Below, piece after piece: positions 9,574 to 20,892 of a stretch of 64,000 bases of DNA (positions are counted from its first letter, which is position 1; every line of letters begins with the position of its first letter). The notes below the pieces were generated by a model that ran no database searches, had not been told where the DNA came from, and was given only the letters and a program-made list of their open reading frames with translations. The stretch covers positions 6,227-70,226 of the forward strand of contig JAUYMS010000021.1 of assembly GCA_030698625.1 (NCBI GenBank). The letters are read 5' to 3'. Source of the DNA: Candidatus Omnitrophota bacterium (GTDB taxonomy: Bacteria > Omnitrophota > Omnitrophia > Omnitrophales > Aquincolibacteriaceae). The translations under genes and the position numbers were made by a program.

Positions 9574-10832
9574 GCGAGCAGATTACGACCTTAATTTTGG
9601 GAGGGGGACAGGGGAAGCGCCTGTTTCCATTGACGAGTTATCGCTCCAAACCGGCGGTTCCGATCGGAGCAAAGTACCGGCTTGTCGATATCCCCATCTC
9701 CAATTCGATTAATTCCGGTCTCCGGCAAATTTTTGTCCTGACTCAATTTAATTCCGTATCGTTGCACCGGCACATTCACCGAGCCTATGCTTATGGGCCG
9801 TTCAACCAAACCTCGATCGAGCTTCTGGCGGCCGAGCAGACGCCGGTGACAACGGATTGGTTCCAGGGAACTGCGGATGCGGTTCGCAAGCACTTGGATC
9901 ACTACCATCTCAAGTCTGCTGATACCGTGGTCATTCTGTCAGGCGACCATCTGTATCGCATGGATTACAGGAAGATTCTCGACTTCCATTATAAAAAAAA
10001 TGCGGACGTCACGATTTCGACAGTGCCTGTTACGAAGAGGGACGTGAGTGGCTTCGGTATCCTGCAGCTGCGGTCGAATGGTCGCGTGTCAGCCTTCTTG
10101 GAGAAACCGGCAAAGAATGTCGAGATCGGCGATTATGTAATCCCAGGCAACATTCGCAAGGCATACCATGTGCGAGGCGCCAAGGAGCTCTACCTTGCGT
10201 CTATGGGTGTTTATGTGTTTAAAGCGGGTGTCTTGGCGTCTCTCTTGGCAGGCAAGGAGACGGATTTTGGTCGGGAAATCATCCCCAAGTCGATTAAACA
10301 ATGTCAAGCATATGGCTACGTCTTCAACGGTTACTGGCGCGATATCGGAACGATTCGCAGTTTTTATGAAACGAGCATTGAGCTGACGTGTACGGATCCC
10401 CCGTTTAACTTTATGGCTCCTGAGGGGAGAATTTTTACGCGTGCGCGGTTTCTTCCGCCTTCGACAATGACAGAGAGCAATTTTTCGAGTGTCCTTATGG
10501 GAGAAGGATGTGTCATTAAAGGTGCGGATATTTCGCAGTCGCTCGTAGGAGTGCGCTCCGTAATCGATGAAGGAACAAGTATCCGCAAGAGCGTTTTGAT
10601 GGGAAATGACTTTTATGAAACGGGCAAGTCACGCGGGAAGCCGCAGCTCGGCATCGGCAAGAAATGCGTGATTGAAAATTGTATCCTGGATAAGAACGTC
10701 CGTATCGGTGACCGCGTTCGGATCACGAATCAGAAGCGTGTGCAGGAAAAAGACGGGAACAATTATTATATTCGGGACGGAATTGTGATTGTCCCTAAGG
10801 GTGCCGTCATTGCGAGCGGCACGCGAATCTAA
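9570..10832 (+). CDS. glgC: Glucose-1-phosphate adenylyltransferase
   Basis: LGGGQGKRLFPLT..RSKPAVP, WFQGTADAVR, SGDHLY, FLEKP, YWRDIGT, C-terminal beta-helix. Confidence 0.96.
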   Translation: MSEQITTLILGGGQGKRLFPLTSYRSKPAVPIGAKYRLVDIPISNSINSGLRQIFVLTQFNSVSLHRHIHRAYAYGPFNQTSIELLAAEQTPVTTDWFQGTADAVRKHLDHYHLKSADTVVILSGDHLYRMDYRKILDFHYKKNADVTISTVPVTKRDVSGFGILQLRSNGRVSAFLEKPAKNVEIGDYVIPGNIRKAYHVRGAKELYLASMGVYVFKAGVLASLLAGKETDFGREIIPKSIKQCQAYGYVFNGYWRDIGTIRSFYETSIELTCTDPPFNFMAPEGRIFTRARFLPPSTMTESNFSSVLMGEGCVIKGADISQSLVGVRSVIDEGTSIRKSVLMGNDFYETGKSRGKPQLGIGKKCVIENCILDKNVRIGDRVRITNQKRVQEKDGNNYYIRDGIVIVPKGAVIASGTRI

Positions 10833-11119
10833 ACGGCCAGGAAATACCCCTCCAAATCCCGCAAGGTGAAAGCGAGTCCGCCAGAAACGCCAAGGAAGAA
10901 CGCCCGGAAAACACTCCTCCGCATGTTTCTGACAGCCTCGTTTTGACCTCGCAGGCCTGGGCCGCTTGGGCAAAAGAAGAAGGAAGGACGGCCGGGAAAT
11001 ACTCCGGAAAAACAATCAGCGCTTCTTGCGGAGACGAGGAGATCCACTTTTGGGACGGAAGTCCCAAAAGTTAACTCCGAGCGCAGCAGCGCGTTTTGGA
11101 GGAGTGTTTTCCGGCTGTC
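10833..11119. repeat. MITE/REP-like intergenic repeat, copy 1
   Basis: Imperfect terminal inverted repeats ACGGCCAGGAAATACCCCTCC / GGAGGAGTGTTTTCCGGCTGTC; ~200-bp core shared with 33137-33330; lies between convergent glgC and lptF/G. Confidence 0.8.
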
Positions 11120-11130
11120 TTTAGAGATAC

Positions 11131-12228
11131 TTAACGGTTACCGCGGTCGAGATTGAGCAGAGCCCCCACCGAAAAGACGATATTTCCCAGCCAGGCACCC
11201 GCAAAAGGTATCAGCTTGCCTGCCTTTCCCAGCGCCAGTCCGACGGCGCCCATCACGTGATAGGAAAAGACCAATCCGACGCAGAGTAAGACCGTGCCCG
11301 CAATCGCTTTTCGATTTCGTGTTGGTGCAAGGAGAGGCACGGCGATTAGCATCATTACTAGACCCTGCCATGGGGACGCAAGTTTGTACTGCAGGTCCAC
11401 CTTCTCCGAGTAGACGAGAACGCCGTTTTCTTTCAATTTCGCGATGGAATGTTTGAGTTCGCGGTATGACAGGAATGCGCTGTCACTCGAGGCGTTGAGT
11501 AACTCGCGGGGTGTCATGGTTATTTGCGGATACACCTTCTTAGTCATGTAGCGCGGTTCGCCAAGAATTCGGCCCTGCGAATCCACTTTGTATTCCGTGA
11601 CCCCCTCAAATTCCCATGCAGTCCCCGACCATTTTCCGCGCTCGGCAATTGTTTTCTGAAAAGTGGTCTGGTCCGGTTTATCCATCCACAGGATGATGGC
11701 ATCCTCGACTACTTTTCGTGTCGCATAGAAAGTCCGAAAATAGAAAAGCTGATTTCCGCCGGAGTAATAGGTCACGTTCTGGAAACTTTTCTCCTCTTTC
11801 CGCTCCTTCTTCTGTTCAATGTAAACTTCGCGCAGATCGGTCGCCATTCGATAGCTCACGGGCACGAGCCGGTCACCGATCAAGAATGTAAAGATTCCGA
11901 TCAAAAATCCCACGAAAACGATCGGTTTAATGATAGTGGTGATCCGCAGGCCGGCAACCTTCATGGCGATGATTTCATTGTGGAGCCCGAAATTAACCAG
12001 GAGGAAGAGTGTTCCGAGCCATGTGGCCCAGGGGATCGTTTCGCAATAGGCGTAAGGGATCAGCGAGAAGTAATACTTCAATATGATTCCGATGGAGATT
12101 CTGTTTCTTAAAATTTCGTCGAGATTATCGAAGAGGTCGGCAATCAGGATCATGAAGACGAGCGTTGCCGAGCTACACACGATGGGCATCAAAAGCTCCC
12201 GTACGAGATAACGATCGATTACTTTCAT
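11131..12228 (-). CDS. LPS export ABC permease, LptF/LptG family
   Basis: IDRYLVRELL start, NEIIAMKVAG, 3+3 TM layout with periplasmic beta domain, AWLGNIVF. Confidence 0.88.
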   Translation of the reverse strand: MKVIDRYLVRELLMPIVCSSATLVFMILIADLFDNLDEILRNRISIGIILKYYFSLIPYAYCETIPWATWLGTLFLLVNFGLHNEIIAMKVAGLRITTIIKPIVFVGFLIGIFTFLIGDRLVPVSYRMATDLREVYIEQKKERKEEKSFQNVTYYSGGNQLFYFRTFYATRKVVEDAIILWMDKPDQTTFQKTIAERGKWSGTAWEFEGVTEYKVDSQGRILGEPRYMTKKVYPQITMTPRELLNASSDSAFLSYRELKHSIAKLKENGVLVYSEKVDLQYKLASPWQGLVMMLIAVPLLAPTRNRKAIAGTVLLCVGLVFSYHVMGAVGLALGKAGKLIPFAGAWLGNIVFSVGALLNLDRGNR

Positions 12229-12923
12229 AGCGATGCCGCCCTTGGGGAGTCAGAAGCTTCGGTGCGGGCAAGAACCAATAGATCGACCTGCCTTGCCCCT
12301 GCGAGTCTCAACGTCGTGGCTGCTTCTTGAGATGTAGCGCCGGTTGTGAGGATGTCGTCAACTAAAAGCAAGCGTTGACCACGAACGCGTTTTGATCGAG
12401 CCCGGAAAGCGTCCCTTAGATTATGCCGTCGTGCCTCTCGGCCCAGGCTGCTCTGGCGCGTAAGCGAGAATCGCTTGCTCAAGATGCGGCGTTCCAGGGG
12501 GATGCCTGAAGCCTGGCTGACGATGGCTGCCAAGAGTTCGGCTTGATTAAACTCTCGCTCCACGTAATGCCGCCTGTCCATGGGAACCGGAATTACGGCA
12601 TCATAGCTATTATCAGCGGCTAAGGCCTGACTCAGCTCTCGGAGTTCACTGCGGAAAGCACTGATAAGCCATTGCTTCCCCGAAAATTTGACGGCCGTTA
12701 GCAAATCTCTGACCGGGCCTTCATACGGATAAATCGACCAGGCATTCGCTACGGCAGCAAATCGCTGTGACATGATTGCCTGCACAGGATCGCGTCTCAG
12801 TTGAACCAGCTTCTTGCGGCAGGCCGGACACAGCTCTCTGTCATGTAAACCCAACGCTAGCTTACAGATGCCGCATTGGGCAGGGTAGATCAACCGCATT
12901 AAGGCTTCCGCGTAGGGTCTCAT
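12225..12923 (-). CDS. comF: ComF family protein (zinc ribbon + phosphoribosyltransferase)
   Basis: CGIC/CPAC, VPM......REFNQA, LLLVDDILTTGAT. Confidence 0.9.
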   Translation of the reverse strand: MRPYAEALMRLIYPAQCGICKLALGLHDRELCPACRKKLVQLRRDPVQAIMSQRFAAVANAWSIYPYEGPVRDLLTAVKFSGKQWLISAFRSELRELSQALAADNSYDAVIPVPMDRRHYVEREFNQAELLAAIVSQASGIPLERRILSKRFSLTRQSSLGREARRHNLRDAFRARSKRVRGQRLLLVDDILTTGATSQEAATTLRLAGARQVDLLVLARTEASDSPRAASL

Positions 12924-12976
12924 GGCACGCTATTCTAATCCTTTCACCCCCTGGGGCAAGGCAAATATCCTTATTC

Positions 12977-13004
12977 TTGACCTAGGGAACGAAAGCCGTA
13001 TAAT
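12977..13004 (+). promoter_or_regulatory. sigma70-type promoter upstream of rpsU
   Basis: TTGACC-N16-TATAAT. Confidence 0.6.
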
Positions 13005-13073
13005 GGGATGTTTTTTGAAACATCTTATCTCAAAACGAGATACAATTATTCCACAGGAAAGAGGCGATCTGTA

Positions 13074-13247
13074 GTGCCCAAAGTTGATATCACCGATAAT
13101 GAGCCGCTAGAAAAGGCTCTGAAGCGTTTAAAGAAGAAGATAGAGCGCGAGGGAACTCTGAAGATTCTCAAGGCGCGTAAGCACTTCGAAAAACCGAGTG
13201 AAAAAAGGCGCCGTAAGCAGCGCATGTCCAAGAAGAAAAAATTCTGA
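13074..13247 (+). CDS. rpsU: 30S ribosomal protein S21
   Basis: EPLEKALKRLKKK...HFEKPSEKRRRK; GTG start after GAGG. Confidence 0.93.
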   Translation: MPKVDITDNEPLEKALKRLKKKIEREGTLKILKARKHFEKPSEKRRRKQRMSKKKKF

Positions 13248-13262
13248 CCTAGGACCCACTCC

Positions 13263-14072
13263 ATGCCGGTCCGTACACCCTATGTGGCGGGAACCTTCTA
13301 CCCGGCTGATCCCGAAGAACTCCGGGAGTACTGTCGAAGCCAGTTAGCAACTCCTAGAGGCCCCCTAATTCCCAAAGCACTCATTGTTCCGCACGCAGGC
13401 TATGTCTATTCGGGAAAGACGGCGTGCCGCGTCTTTGATTCCGTCCGGATTCCGAACCGCATTTTACTGATAGGGCCTAACCATTCCGGCGTCGGGACAA
13501 AATTCTCCGTTATGAGCAGCGGCCAATGGGGGAGTCCGCTAGGAAACGTGCCCATCGATGAAGAATTCGCCCATACCCTTTTGGCGGCATCGGACGACTT
13601 GTCTGCGGATGAGTCGGCTCATCATCTGGAGCACTGTCTGGAAGTCGAAGTCCCGTTCCTTCAAACCAAGAACCCAAATATTAAGATTGTACCGCTCGTC
13701 GTCGGAACCCTGGACTTGCTTTCTGCCAGAGCTGTGGCCCTGGCATGTGGGGAATGTCTATCGAAAGAGTCCGAGGATCCCTTGCTCGTGGTTATTTCTT
13801 CAGATATGAATCATTATGAAGATGATCAGACCACGAGGAAAAAAGATGCATACGCCATTGATGCGATTCTCAATTTGGACGAAGGAGCGCTTGCCAAAGC
13901 TGTAAAGGAGCACAGGATTACGATGTGTGGATTTGTTCCCGTCTATATGTTGCTGGCGATGAAGAAGATTCTGGGGATTCACAAGGCGACATTGATTGAC
14001 TACAGTACAAGCGCGGATGCGAGCGGCGATAAAAGCCGGGTCGTTGGATATGCTGGATTTATCTTCGAATAG
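13263..14072 (+). CDS. AmmeMemoRadiSam system protein B (MEMO1 family)
   Basis: VAGTFYP, PHAGYVYSG, GPNH, EHCLEV, SSDMNHY, TMCG, VVGYA. Confidence 0.92.
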   Translation: MPVRTPYVAGTFYPADPEELREYCRSQLATPRGPLIPKALIVPHAGYVYSGKTACRVFDSVRIPNRILLIGPNHSGVGTKFSVMSSGQWGSPLGNVPIDEEFAHTLLAASDDLSADESAHHLEHCLEVEVPFLQTKNPNIKIVPLVVGTLDLLSARAVALACGECLSKESEDPLLVVISSDMNHYEDDQTTRKKDAYAIDAILNLDEGALAKAVKEHRITMCGFVPVYMLLAMKKILGIHKATLIDYSTSADASGDKSRVVGYAGFIFE

Positions 14073-14598
14073 CCGCTCCAAACTCCTGGAACTGGCCCGG
14101 GAGTCCATTCGTCAACACATCAGCACCGGAGATTCTCTCACCTTCGAGACCTCGGATCCCGAACTGACCATAAAAGCGGGCTGCTTTGTGACGCTGCGTC
14201 AGCGAGACTCCCTTCGCGGTTGCGTCGGGACCTTCGAGCCCACCAAACCCCTTTATGAAAATGTCTTGCGCATGGCATGCTCGGCGGCCTTTCAGGATGT
14301 GCGCTTTTCACCGGTCAGTAAGGAAGAGCTGCCGGGGATTCATATCGATATCTCCGTGTTGGGTGAGCCCTTCAAGATGAACTCCGTCGATGAAATCGAG
14401 ATCGGTAAGCATGGCGTGCTTGTCCAATATGGCGACAGGCGCGGAACCTTTTTGCCGGAAGTGGCGGTCGAGCAGAAATGGAATGCTGCCGAATTTATTA
14501 CCTTTTGCGCCCGTGAGAAGGCGGGCCTCAGCCCGTCGGAATGCGGCAGAGCGGACGTCTACCTCTATGAGGTTCTCAAATTTTCTGAGCCTTCCTAG
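14050..14598 (+). CDS. AmmeMemoRadiSam system protein A (AMMECR1 family)
   Basis: GCFVTL....LRGCVG, AAFQDVRF, ISVL, GTFLPEV, KAG. Confidence 0.92.
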   Translation: MLDLSSNSRSKLLELARESIRQHISTGDSLTFETSDPELTIKAGCFVTLRQRDSLRGCVGTFEPTKPLYENVLRMACSAAFQDVRFSPVSKEELPGIHIDISVLGEPFKMNSVDEIEIGKHGVLVQYGDRRGTFLPEVAVEQKWNAAEFITFCAREKAGLSPSECGRADVYLYEVLKFSEPS

Positions 14599-14668
14599 CG
14601 CCGGAAGGAGAGATTGCGGCCCCATTTTGGCTGTGTTATCATCTTAAGTTCTTTAGTTAGGAGGGATT

Positions 14669-15940
14669 GTGGCAAAGAAGTATGCAGCTTTTCCCGGCAT
14701 GGACGACCTCTTGCCGGGGGATATCGAAAAATGGCAATGGATCGAGGAGCGCGCACGTATCTTTATGGAGGCCTGCGGGTACAAGGAAATTCGGACACCG
14801 CTGCTGGAGCCCACCGAGCTGTTTACCCGGTCCATAGGCGAAGCGAGCGATATCGTGCATAAGGAAATGTACACCTTTGAGGACCGGGGAGGCCGCAGCA
14901 TGACCCTGAGACCGGAAATGACCGCATCCGTGGCACGCGCCGTTATTGAAAAAGGACTCCTCTCACGCGCCAAATCCCTCCGGTATTACTATATAGGGCC
15001 CATGTTTCGTGCTGAAAGACCGCAGGCTGGGAGGAAAAGGCAATTTCATCAGATCGGCGCCGAAATTGTCGGCGAAGCGGGAGCGGCGGCGGATTTTGAG
15101 ATCGTGCAGGTTCTCTACCGCTTTTTGGGTTACGCGGGGCTTAATAACGTTACCTTAAAAATCAATGACCTGGGACAGACGAGCGATCGCTCCAAAATTA
15201 CAGCGCGACTTTCAGAATACTTCACCCGGCAGAAAGAGAAGCTTTGCAAAGACTGCCATTATCGTCTCGAAAAAAACGTGCTGCGGATCTTTGATTGTAA
15301 GGTCAAATCCTGCCAACCCGTTATAGAAGCCGCCCCCTGGGAAGAAATTTCTCCGTTGGGTGAGAGCTTTAGCGAGCTTTGCGCGCGGCTTGAGGAGCAT
15401 GAAATTCCGTACCGAGTGGAGCGAAGATTGGTTCGCGGTTTGGACTACTACACGGGCATTGTTTTTGAAGTGGCTGCGGAGGGACTGGGCTCGCAAGATG
15501 CCGTCGCCGGCGGCGGACGGTATGACGACCTTTATGCGGAACTCGGCGGGAAACCGACTCCGTGCACCGGCTTCAGTATCGGTGTGGAGCGTCTGTTGCT
15601 CGCGGCCGAGGCCGGTGATAACGGCCTTAGCACACAGCTTCGTGACCACAGAGTCTATCTGGCACCGTTGGAAACACGTCCTGATGTCTTGGGGAAGTGT
15701 CAGGCCCAGGCGCTCGAACTTCGCAGCCGCGGTTTTCGCGTCGAGACGACGCCGGGCCAATCGTCTTTAAGTCATCATCTGAAGAGGGCGAATCAGCTCG
15801 GTCTTCGCTGGGTTGTAATATTGGGGGCCGAAGAATTGAAGAAGGGCGTTTATCTGGTAAAAGATTTGGACCATCGGAAGCAGTCAGAGGTCGAGACTTC
15901 GAAGCTGTATTCCTATCTGGAAGGAGTAGCGAGCTTATGA
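14669..15940 (+). CDS. hisS: Histidyl-tRNA synthetase
   Basis: LRPEMTA, FRAERPQAGRKRQFHQ, LVRGLDYY, GGGRYD. Confidence 0.97.
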   Translation: MAKKYAAFPGMDDLLPGDIEKWQWIEERARIFMEACGYKEIRTPLLEPTELFTRSIGEASDIVHKEMYTFEDRGGRSMTLRPEMTASVARAVIEKGLLSRAKSLRYYYIGPMFRAERPQAGRKRQFHQIGAEIVGEAGAAADFEIVQVLYRFLGYAGLNNVTLKINDLGQTSDRSKITARLSEYFTRQKEKLCKDCHYRLEKNVLRIFDCKVKSCQPVIEAAPWEEISPLGESFSELCARLEEHEIPYRVERRLVRGLDYYTGIVFEVAAEGLGSQDAVAGGGRYDDLYAELGGKPTPCTGFSIGVERLLLAAEAGDNGLSTQLRDHRVYLAPLETRPDVLGKCQAQALELRSRGFRVETTPGQSSLSHHLKRANQLGLRWVVILGAEELKKGVYLVKDLDHRKQSEVETSKLYSYLEGVASL

Positions 15941-17712
15941 TGCGGACGGCAACTTGTGGAGATTTAAGCAGTAAGAACGTCGACAAGGAAGTGACTTTAG
16001 CCGGGTGGGTGGATACCCGGCGCGATCACGGCAATCTCATTTTTATTGATCTGCGCGACCGATGGGGGATCACTCAGGTCGTCTTCAACCCGGAAAAAAA
16101 CGCCGACCTGCATCGTCTGGCCGAAACCGTTCGGTCGGAATTTGTGTTGCAGGTTAAGGGCCGTGTTTCTAATCGTCCTCAGGGCACAGTCAATAAAAAG
16201 ATTCCGACCGGAGAGGTTGAGGTTCTGGCCGATTCGCTCGTTATCTTGAACGCTTCGCCGACACCGCCCTTTGAAATCGGTGAAATGAATGTTGGTGAAG
16301 ACATTCGCCTAAAATACCGGTATCTGGACCTTAGACGGCGGGTGATGCTGGAGAACCTCTCTTTTCGTTATCGTGTTTCGAAGATCGCCAGGGATTATTT
16401 GGATAAACAGGCGTTCATCGAGATCGAAACGCCCTATTTGACACGCAGTACGCCGGAGGGCGCGCGCGATTACTTGGTTCCCTCGCGAGTTCATACAGGC
16501 AGTTTCTATGCCCTGCCGCAATCCCCACAGCTTTTCAAGCAGCTCCTCATGGTGGGCGGCTATGACCGTTATTTTCAACTGGCCCGTTGCTTTCGCGACG
16601 AAGATTTACGATCAGACCGACAGCCCGAACATACACAGATCGATATTGAGATGTCGTTCGTGGAAGAGGAAGATGTGATGAATTTGGTCGAGGGCATGGT
16701 GGCCGATTGCGTCGAGAAAGCTAAGGGGCTTAAATTCGCGCGGCCCTTCAAGCATTTAAGTTATGAAGAGGCATTGTCGCGATTCGGATCGGATAAGCCG
16801 GATCTACGTTTTGATATGGAGCTAGTGGATCTCACCGAGATATTCGCAGAGAGCGGATTCAAAGTTTTTGATTCGGTGATCAAAAGCGGCGGGAAAGTGC
16901 GCGGCATCTGTTTGCGTCCTCCTCAGGGCGTGGAATACTCGCGTAAAGATTTTGATGACTTGACGGCGTGGATTCAGGATTACGGGGCCAAGGGGCTTGC
17001 CTGGTTCAAAGTTAAGGGGCCAGACAGCGTGGAATCGCCCATTCAGAAATTCTTCGTGCCTGATCGCATGGCGAAGGTGATCGGATCCCTGCAGGCGCAG
17101 GCCGGCGATATTCTATTCATGGTCGCCAGTACGCCCCAGATTTCCGCGGTAGCCCTTGGCGCCTTGCGGGTGAAGTTGGCCCATCGCCACGGTCTCATGG
17201 ATCTCGATCGATTCGAGGTGCTGTGGATCACAGATTTCCCGCTTTTCGAGTGGGATGAGGATGGCGGGCGTTATCACGCGCTGCATCATCCCTTTACGTC
17301 TCCCATGGAGAAGGATATCCCTCTGCTGGAGAAGGATCCGGCCGCCGTGCGAGCCCGCGCCTATGACCTTGTATTAAACGGAGTCGAAATCGGCGGAGGC
17401 AGTATTCGTATCCATCGCCGCGACGTCCAGGACAAGGTTTTTCGCGCGCTGGGCATCGGTGCCGATGAGGCACGCGATAAATTCGGGTTTCTTCTTGATG
17501 CGCTCAGCTACGGGGCCCCTCCGCACGGGGGTTTGGCTATGGGCTTGGATCGATTCGTGGCTCTGTTGCTCGGCTTGGACAGTATTCGTGAAGTCATTGC
17601 TTTTCCCAAAACTCAAAAGGGAACATGTCTCATGACTGAAGCCCCCTCAGAAGTTCATCCCGATCAACTCAAGGAGCTTGGGCTGCACGTCAAGTCACTC
17701 GACCGCGTGTAA
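15937..17712 (+). CDS. aspS: Aspartyl-tRNA synthetase
   Basis: [48 protein letters not shown]; ATG overlaps the hisS TGA. Confidence 0.97.
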   Translation: MMRTATCGDLSSKNVDKEVTLAGWVDTRRDHGNLIFIDLRDRWGITQVVFNPEKNADLHRLAETVRSEFVLQVKGRVSNRPQGTVNKKIPTGEVEVLADSLVILNASPTPPFEIGEMNVGEDIRLKYRYLDLRRRVMLENLSFRYRVSKIARDYLDKQAFIEIETPYLTRSTPEGARDYLVPSRVHTGSFYALPQSPQLFKQLLMVGGYDRYFQLARCFRDEDLRSDRQPEHTQIDIEMSFVEEEDVMNLVEGMVADCVEKAKGLKFARPFKHLSYEEALSRFGSDKPDLRFDMELVDLTEIFAESGFKVFDSVIKSGGKVRGICLRPPQGVEYSRKDFDDLTAWIQDYGAKGLAWFKVKGPDSVESPIQKFFVPDRMAKVIGSLQAQAGDILFMVASTPQISAVALGALRVKLAHRHGLMDLDRFEVLWITDFPLFEWDEDGGRYHALHHPFTSPMEKDIPLLEKDPAAVRARAYDLVLNGVEIGGGSIRIHRRDVQDKVFRALGIGADEARDKFGFLLDALSYGAPPHGGLAMGLDRFVALLLGLDSIREVIAFPKTQKGTCLMTEAPSEVHPDQLKELGLHVKSLDRV

Positions 17713-17729
17713 CCCTTCAGGAGGTCTCA

Positions 17730-18671
17730 TTGGAAAAGACACTCACGCTTAATTCCAATCAAGAAGCAATACGACTTTACGGAAGCCTCGATGAGAATTT
17801 GCGTCATGCCGAAGAGAAGTTTAAAGTCCGGTTGGCTGCGAGGAACGATAAGTTGCGCATTATCGGTTCAAAAGCCGGCGTGGAGGGAGCCTACCGGTTT
17901 TTTCTAAACACTCTTGAGGCCATTCGAGGCGGGCCCGGCCCGGCGAAGCACAAGGAAGCAGGCTTGAAGAAGAAACCCGCCCGGCGTGAAAGCACCTATG
18001 AGCCTGCGTCCGAAGCCGTCAGGTTTTATCACCGCGGCAAAAGTATTCGGCCGCACAGTGTGAATCAGGAGCATTATCTGGCCGCAATTCGTGATCATGA
18101 TGTGGTTATTTGCATCGGACCGGCAGGAACAGGGAAGACCTACCTTGCTATGGCTGCCGCTCTCGATCATCTCAAGCGTAAAGTTGTCAGCCGTATCGTC
18201 CTGACCCGTCCCGCCGTGGAGGCCGGTGAAAACCTCGGATTTCTTCCGGGAGATCTTTATGCTAAAGTGAATCCGTATCTGAGACCGCTCTATGACGCCC
18301 TCTACGACATGATGGATTACGAAGAAGCCAATCGCAATCTCGAGCGGGGGGTTATCGAGGTAGCTCCGCTGGCTTATATGCGTGGACGAACATTGAATGA
18401 TTCCTTTGTGATACTCGACGAAGGACAGAATTGCACCAGCACTCAGGTGAAGATGTTTCTGACGCGCCTTGGCGAAGCCTCGAAGACAGTGCTGACGGGT
18501 GACGTTACCCAGATTGATCTGCCTAGCGCAAAGCAATCAGGATTGATAGAAGCCCGAGAGATTCTGGCATCGATTAAGGGGATTTCAATCTGCCAACTGA
18601 CCGAGACAGACGTCGTGCGACATCCGCTGGTACGGGAAATTATTGCCGCTTATGACAGACACCAGCATTAA
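17730..18671 (+). CDS. phoH: PhoH family ATPase
   Basis: [43 protein letters not shown]. Confidence 0.93.
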   Translation: MEKTLTLNSNQEAIRLYGSLDENLRHAEEKFKVRLAARNDKLRIIGSKAGVEGAYRFFLNTLEAIRGGPGPAKHKEAGLKKKPARRESTYEPASEAVRFYHRGKSIRPHSVNQEHYLAAIRDHDVVICIGPAGTGKTYLAMAAALDHLKRKVVSRIVLTRPAVEAGENLGFLPGDLYAKVNPYLRPLYDALYDMMDYEEANRNLERGVIEVAPLAYMRGRTLNDSFVILDEGQNCTSTQVKMFLTRLGEASKTVLTGDVTQIDLPSAKQSGLIEAREILASIKGISICQLTETDVVRHPLVREIIAAYDRHQH

Positions 18672-20889
18672 ACCGAAAACCAAACTTTCTCCCCGCCGCC
18701 AGTGGTTGTTTTGGACGGGGCGCGTGGGGCTGTATTTGCTGGCCGCTGTCCTTGCGACGATGATGCTTGCCATAGAGAGGGAGCCTACGCTCATTGGCGG
18801 CGAATTTGCTTTGGGAGAACCTGCGCCCCGGACCTTGTTCTCGCCGTTGACGCTAACCTACGTGAACGAGGAAAAGATGCGGTTGCGGCAGGAAGATGCG
18901 GCGGAAGACGTGGCGCCGATTCTCTTGGTTGATTCTGCTGTTGCTGATCAAATAGGTCAGAAGCTTGGCGCCTTCTTTGCGGCGATAGAAATGAACTCTT
19001 CCGGAGCAAGCGAAGCGATTGAGTTGGCTTCCCTGGAATTACCCTTTGATGTTTCCGATGCCGATATCAGGGCATTGTCCGACCCGGAGAGGCTGAACGC
19101 AGCTCGCGAGAACGTGGAGCAGCTCCTGCGTGCGGCACTCGGCGGCGGACTCTTGAGCTACCAGACGAAACTCGAACTCCTCGAACAGGACACGGCCGTT
19201 GTTGTGATATCGAACGGGGACGCTGCGACGGAAAGGCAAGTTTCGGTTCGGGATGTTTTGAGTATGAGGGAATTGCGCGAGGCGGCCGTGAGGATGCTGC
19301 CCGCCGACGTTACGCGAAGGAGAAAGCTGCGGACCGCTATCCTCGATATATTTGAGGCCGTTATCGAACCGAATCTGAGTTTTGACAGATCTCTGACGGC
19401 TGTGCGGCGTCAGGCAACGCGAGCGGCAGTCAAGGACGTTCAGGAAACGATCAAGAAGAACGAACTGATTGTCGGACGGGGAATTCTGGTCACGCCGGAT
19501 ATCCGGCTGAAAGTCGAACAAATCCAGCAGAAATTGGCTGCGCGCAAAATTCTTGGGCGGATTACTGCCGATAGCATCTTGGCTTCCCTTACCTTCATGC
19601 TCTTTTTTGCGTATCTCTTCTTTTTCGAGCGCAAGATGCTGCTGAATTTGCGTATGGTCTATCTGACACTATCGGTGTTTCTGCTTGCGATCGCATTGTG
19701 TAAAATTATCACGGTCTGGCCGGGTTCTTCGCCTTATCTCATGCCGGGAGCTTTAGCCTCCCTGCTGCTGGTGCTCCTGACGCGCTCGCGTCTGGGCACG
19801 GTGTCCGCCGTGGTTATGGCCATCATGACGGCGCCGCTCGCGGATTTTCATCCTGATATCATGAGCGCGATCCTTTTGGCGGGAATGGTCGGTACTTTTT
19901 CAGCTTTGCGGATTCGTAGACGCGTGCAGTTTTTGCAAGTCGGCCTTGCTATCGGTTTCGTCACGATGGCCGTCTTATTTGCTTTTCAACTCTTTGAGGG
20001 TTTCACCTTTGCGGCCTCTTTGCAAGCCAGCGGTGTGGGGTTGGCTAACGGGCTGATCATTACGGCCCTGCTTTTCTTGCTCCTGCCCCTGTTGGAACCG
20101 GTGTTCGGTGTTACCACTGATATCACGCTGCTTGAACTCTCCGACCTTAATCATCCGTTACTCAAGCGGATGATCATCGAAGCGCCGGGAACTTACCATC
20201 ACAGTCTTGTCGTAAGCCGTCTTGCCGAGTCGGCCTGCGAGGCGATCGGCGCTAATGAACTGCTCGCGCGTGTCGGTTGTTATTTCCACGATATCGGGAA
20301 AATTGCGCGAGCGGAGTTTTTTACCGAGAATCAGGCCGATAAGTTCAGTGGCAAACACGAGAAATTGGCCCCGACCATGAGTGCTCTGATTATCTTGAAT
20401 CACGTCAAAGACGGTATCGAGTTAGGACGCAAATATAAACTCAGGGACACGATCCTTCGCTTTATTCCCGAGCACCAGGGCACGGGGATCATTTATTATT
20501 TTTACCGCAAGGCCATAGACCAGGCCCAGCCGGGAGAAAGGGTCGATCCGAACGATTTTCGTTATCCGGGACCGAACCCCCAAAGCCGCGAAACGGCCGT
20601 GGCGCTTTTGGCAGATTCCACTGAGGCTGCCTCTCGGTCGCTCAGGGATCCAAACGCGGAGAGTATTCGCCAACTTGTGCGTAAAATCATCAACGACAAG
20701 TTCATTGATGGGCAGTTGGATGAATGCGATCTTACGCTTCGCGATCTTTTTAGAATCCAAGAGAGTTTCGTGCACAATCTCATGGCCATTTTTCATACGC
20801 GCGTCGAATACCCCAAAAAGCCTGCCGAGGATGATAATCCGGATATTTTTGAAGAAGGTCAATTCCAGAAATTTCGCCTAAGTCCTTAG
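18652..20889 (+). CDS. 7TM-HD membrane phosphohydrolase (PgpH/YqfF-like)
   Basis: Extracellular 7TMR-HDED-like region, TM bundle, [28 protein letters not shown]. Confidence 0.9.
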   Translation: MTDTSIKPKTKLSPRRQWLFWTGRVGLYLLAAVLATMMLAIEREPTLIGGEFALGEPAPRTLFSPLTLTYVNEEKMRLRQEDAAEDVAPILLVDSAVADQIGQKLGAFFAAIEMNSSGASEAIELASLELPFDVSDADIRALSDPERLNAARENVEQLLRAALGGGLLSYQTKLELLEQDTAVVVISNGDAATERQVSVRDVLSMRELREAAVRMLPADVTRRRKLRTAILDIFEAVIEPNLSFDRSLTAVRRQATRAAVKDVQETIKKNELIVGRGILVTPDIRLKVEQIQQKLAARKILGRITADSILASLTFMLFFAYLFFFERKMLLNLRMVYLTLSVFLLAIALCKIITVWPGSSPYLMPGALASLLLVLLTRSRLGTVSAVVMAIMTAPLADFHPDIMSAILLAGMVGTFSALRIRRRVQFLQVGLAIGFVTMAVLFAFQLFEGFTFAASLQASGVGLANGLIITALLFLLLPLLEPVFGVTTDITLLELSDLNHPLLKRMIIEAPGTYHHSLVVSRLAESACEAIGANELLARVGCYFHDIGKIARAEFFTENQADKFSGKHEKLAPTMSALIILNHVKDGIELGRKYKLRDTILRFIPEHQGTGIIYYFYRKAIDQAQPGERVDPNDFRYPGPNPQSRETAVALLADSTEAASRSLRDPNAESIRQLVRKIINDKFIDGQLDECDLTLRDLFRIQESFVHNLMAIFHTRVEYPKKPAEDDNPDIFEEGQFQKFRLSP

Positions 20890-20892
20890 ACC

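Noticed and set aside
10629-11067. Short ORFs over the repeat element, with similar peptides at 32991-33292
   Set aside because: Similarity reflects the shared DNA repeat; several overlapping frames and no coding signal.
12639-12653. RSELR in ComF
   Set aside because: Single copy within a normal helix of a conserved housekeeping protein; compatible with chance and not at a domain border.
15697-15936. 80-aa N-terminal extension of AspS in the track
   Set aside because: Overlaps the hisS 3' end; the likely start is ATG 15937 coupled to the hisS stop.
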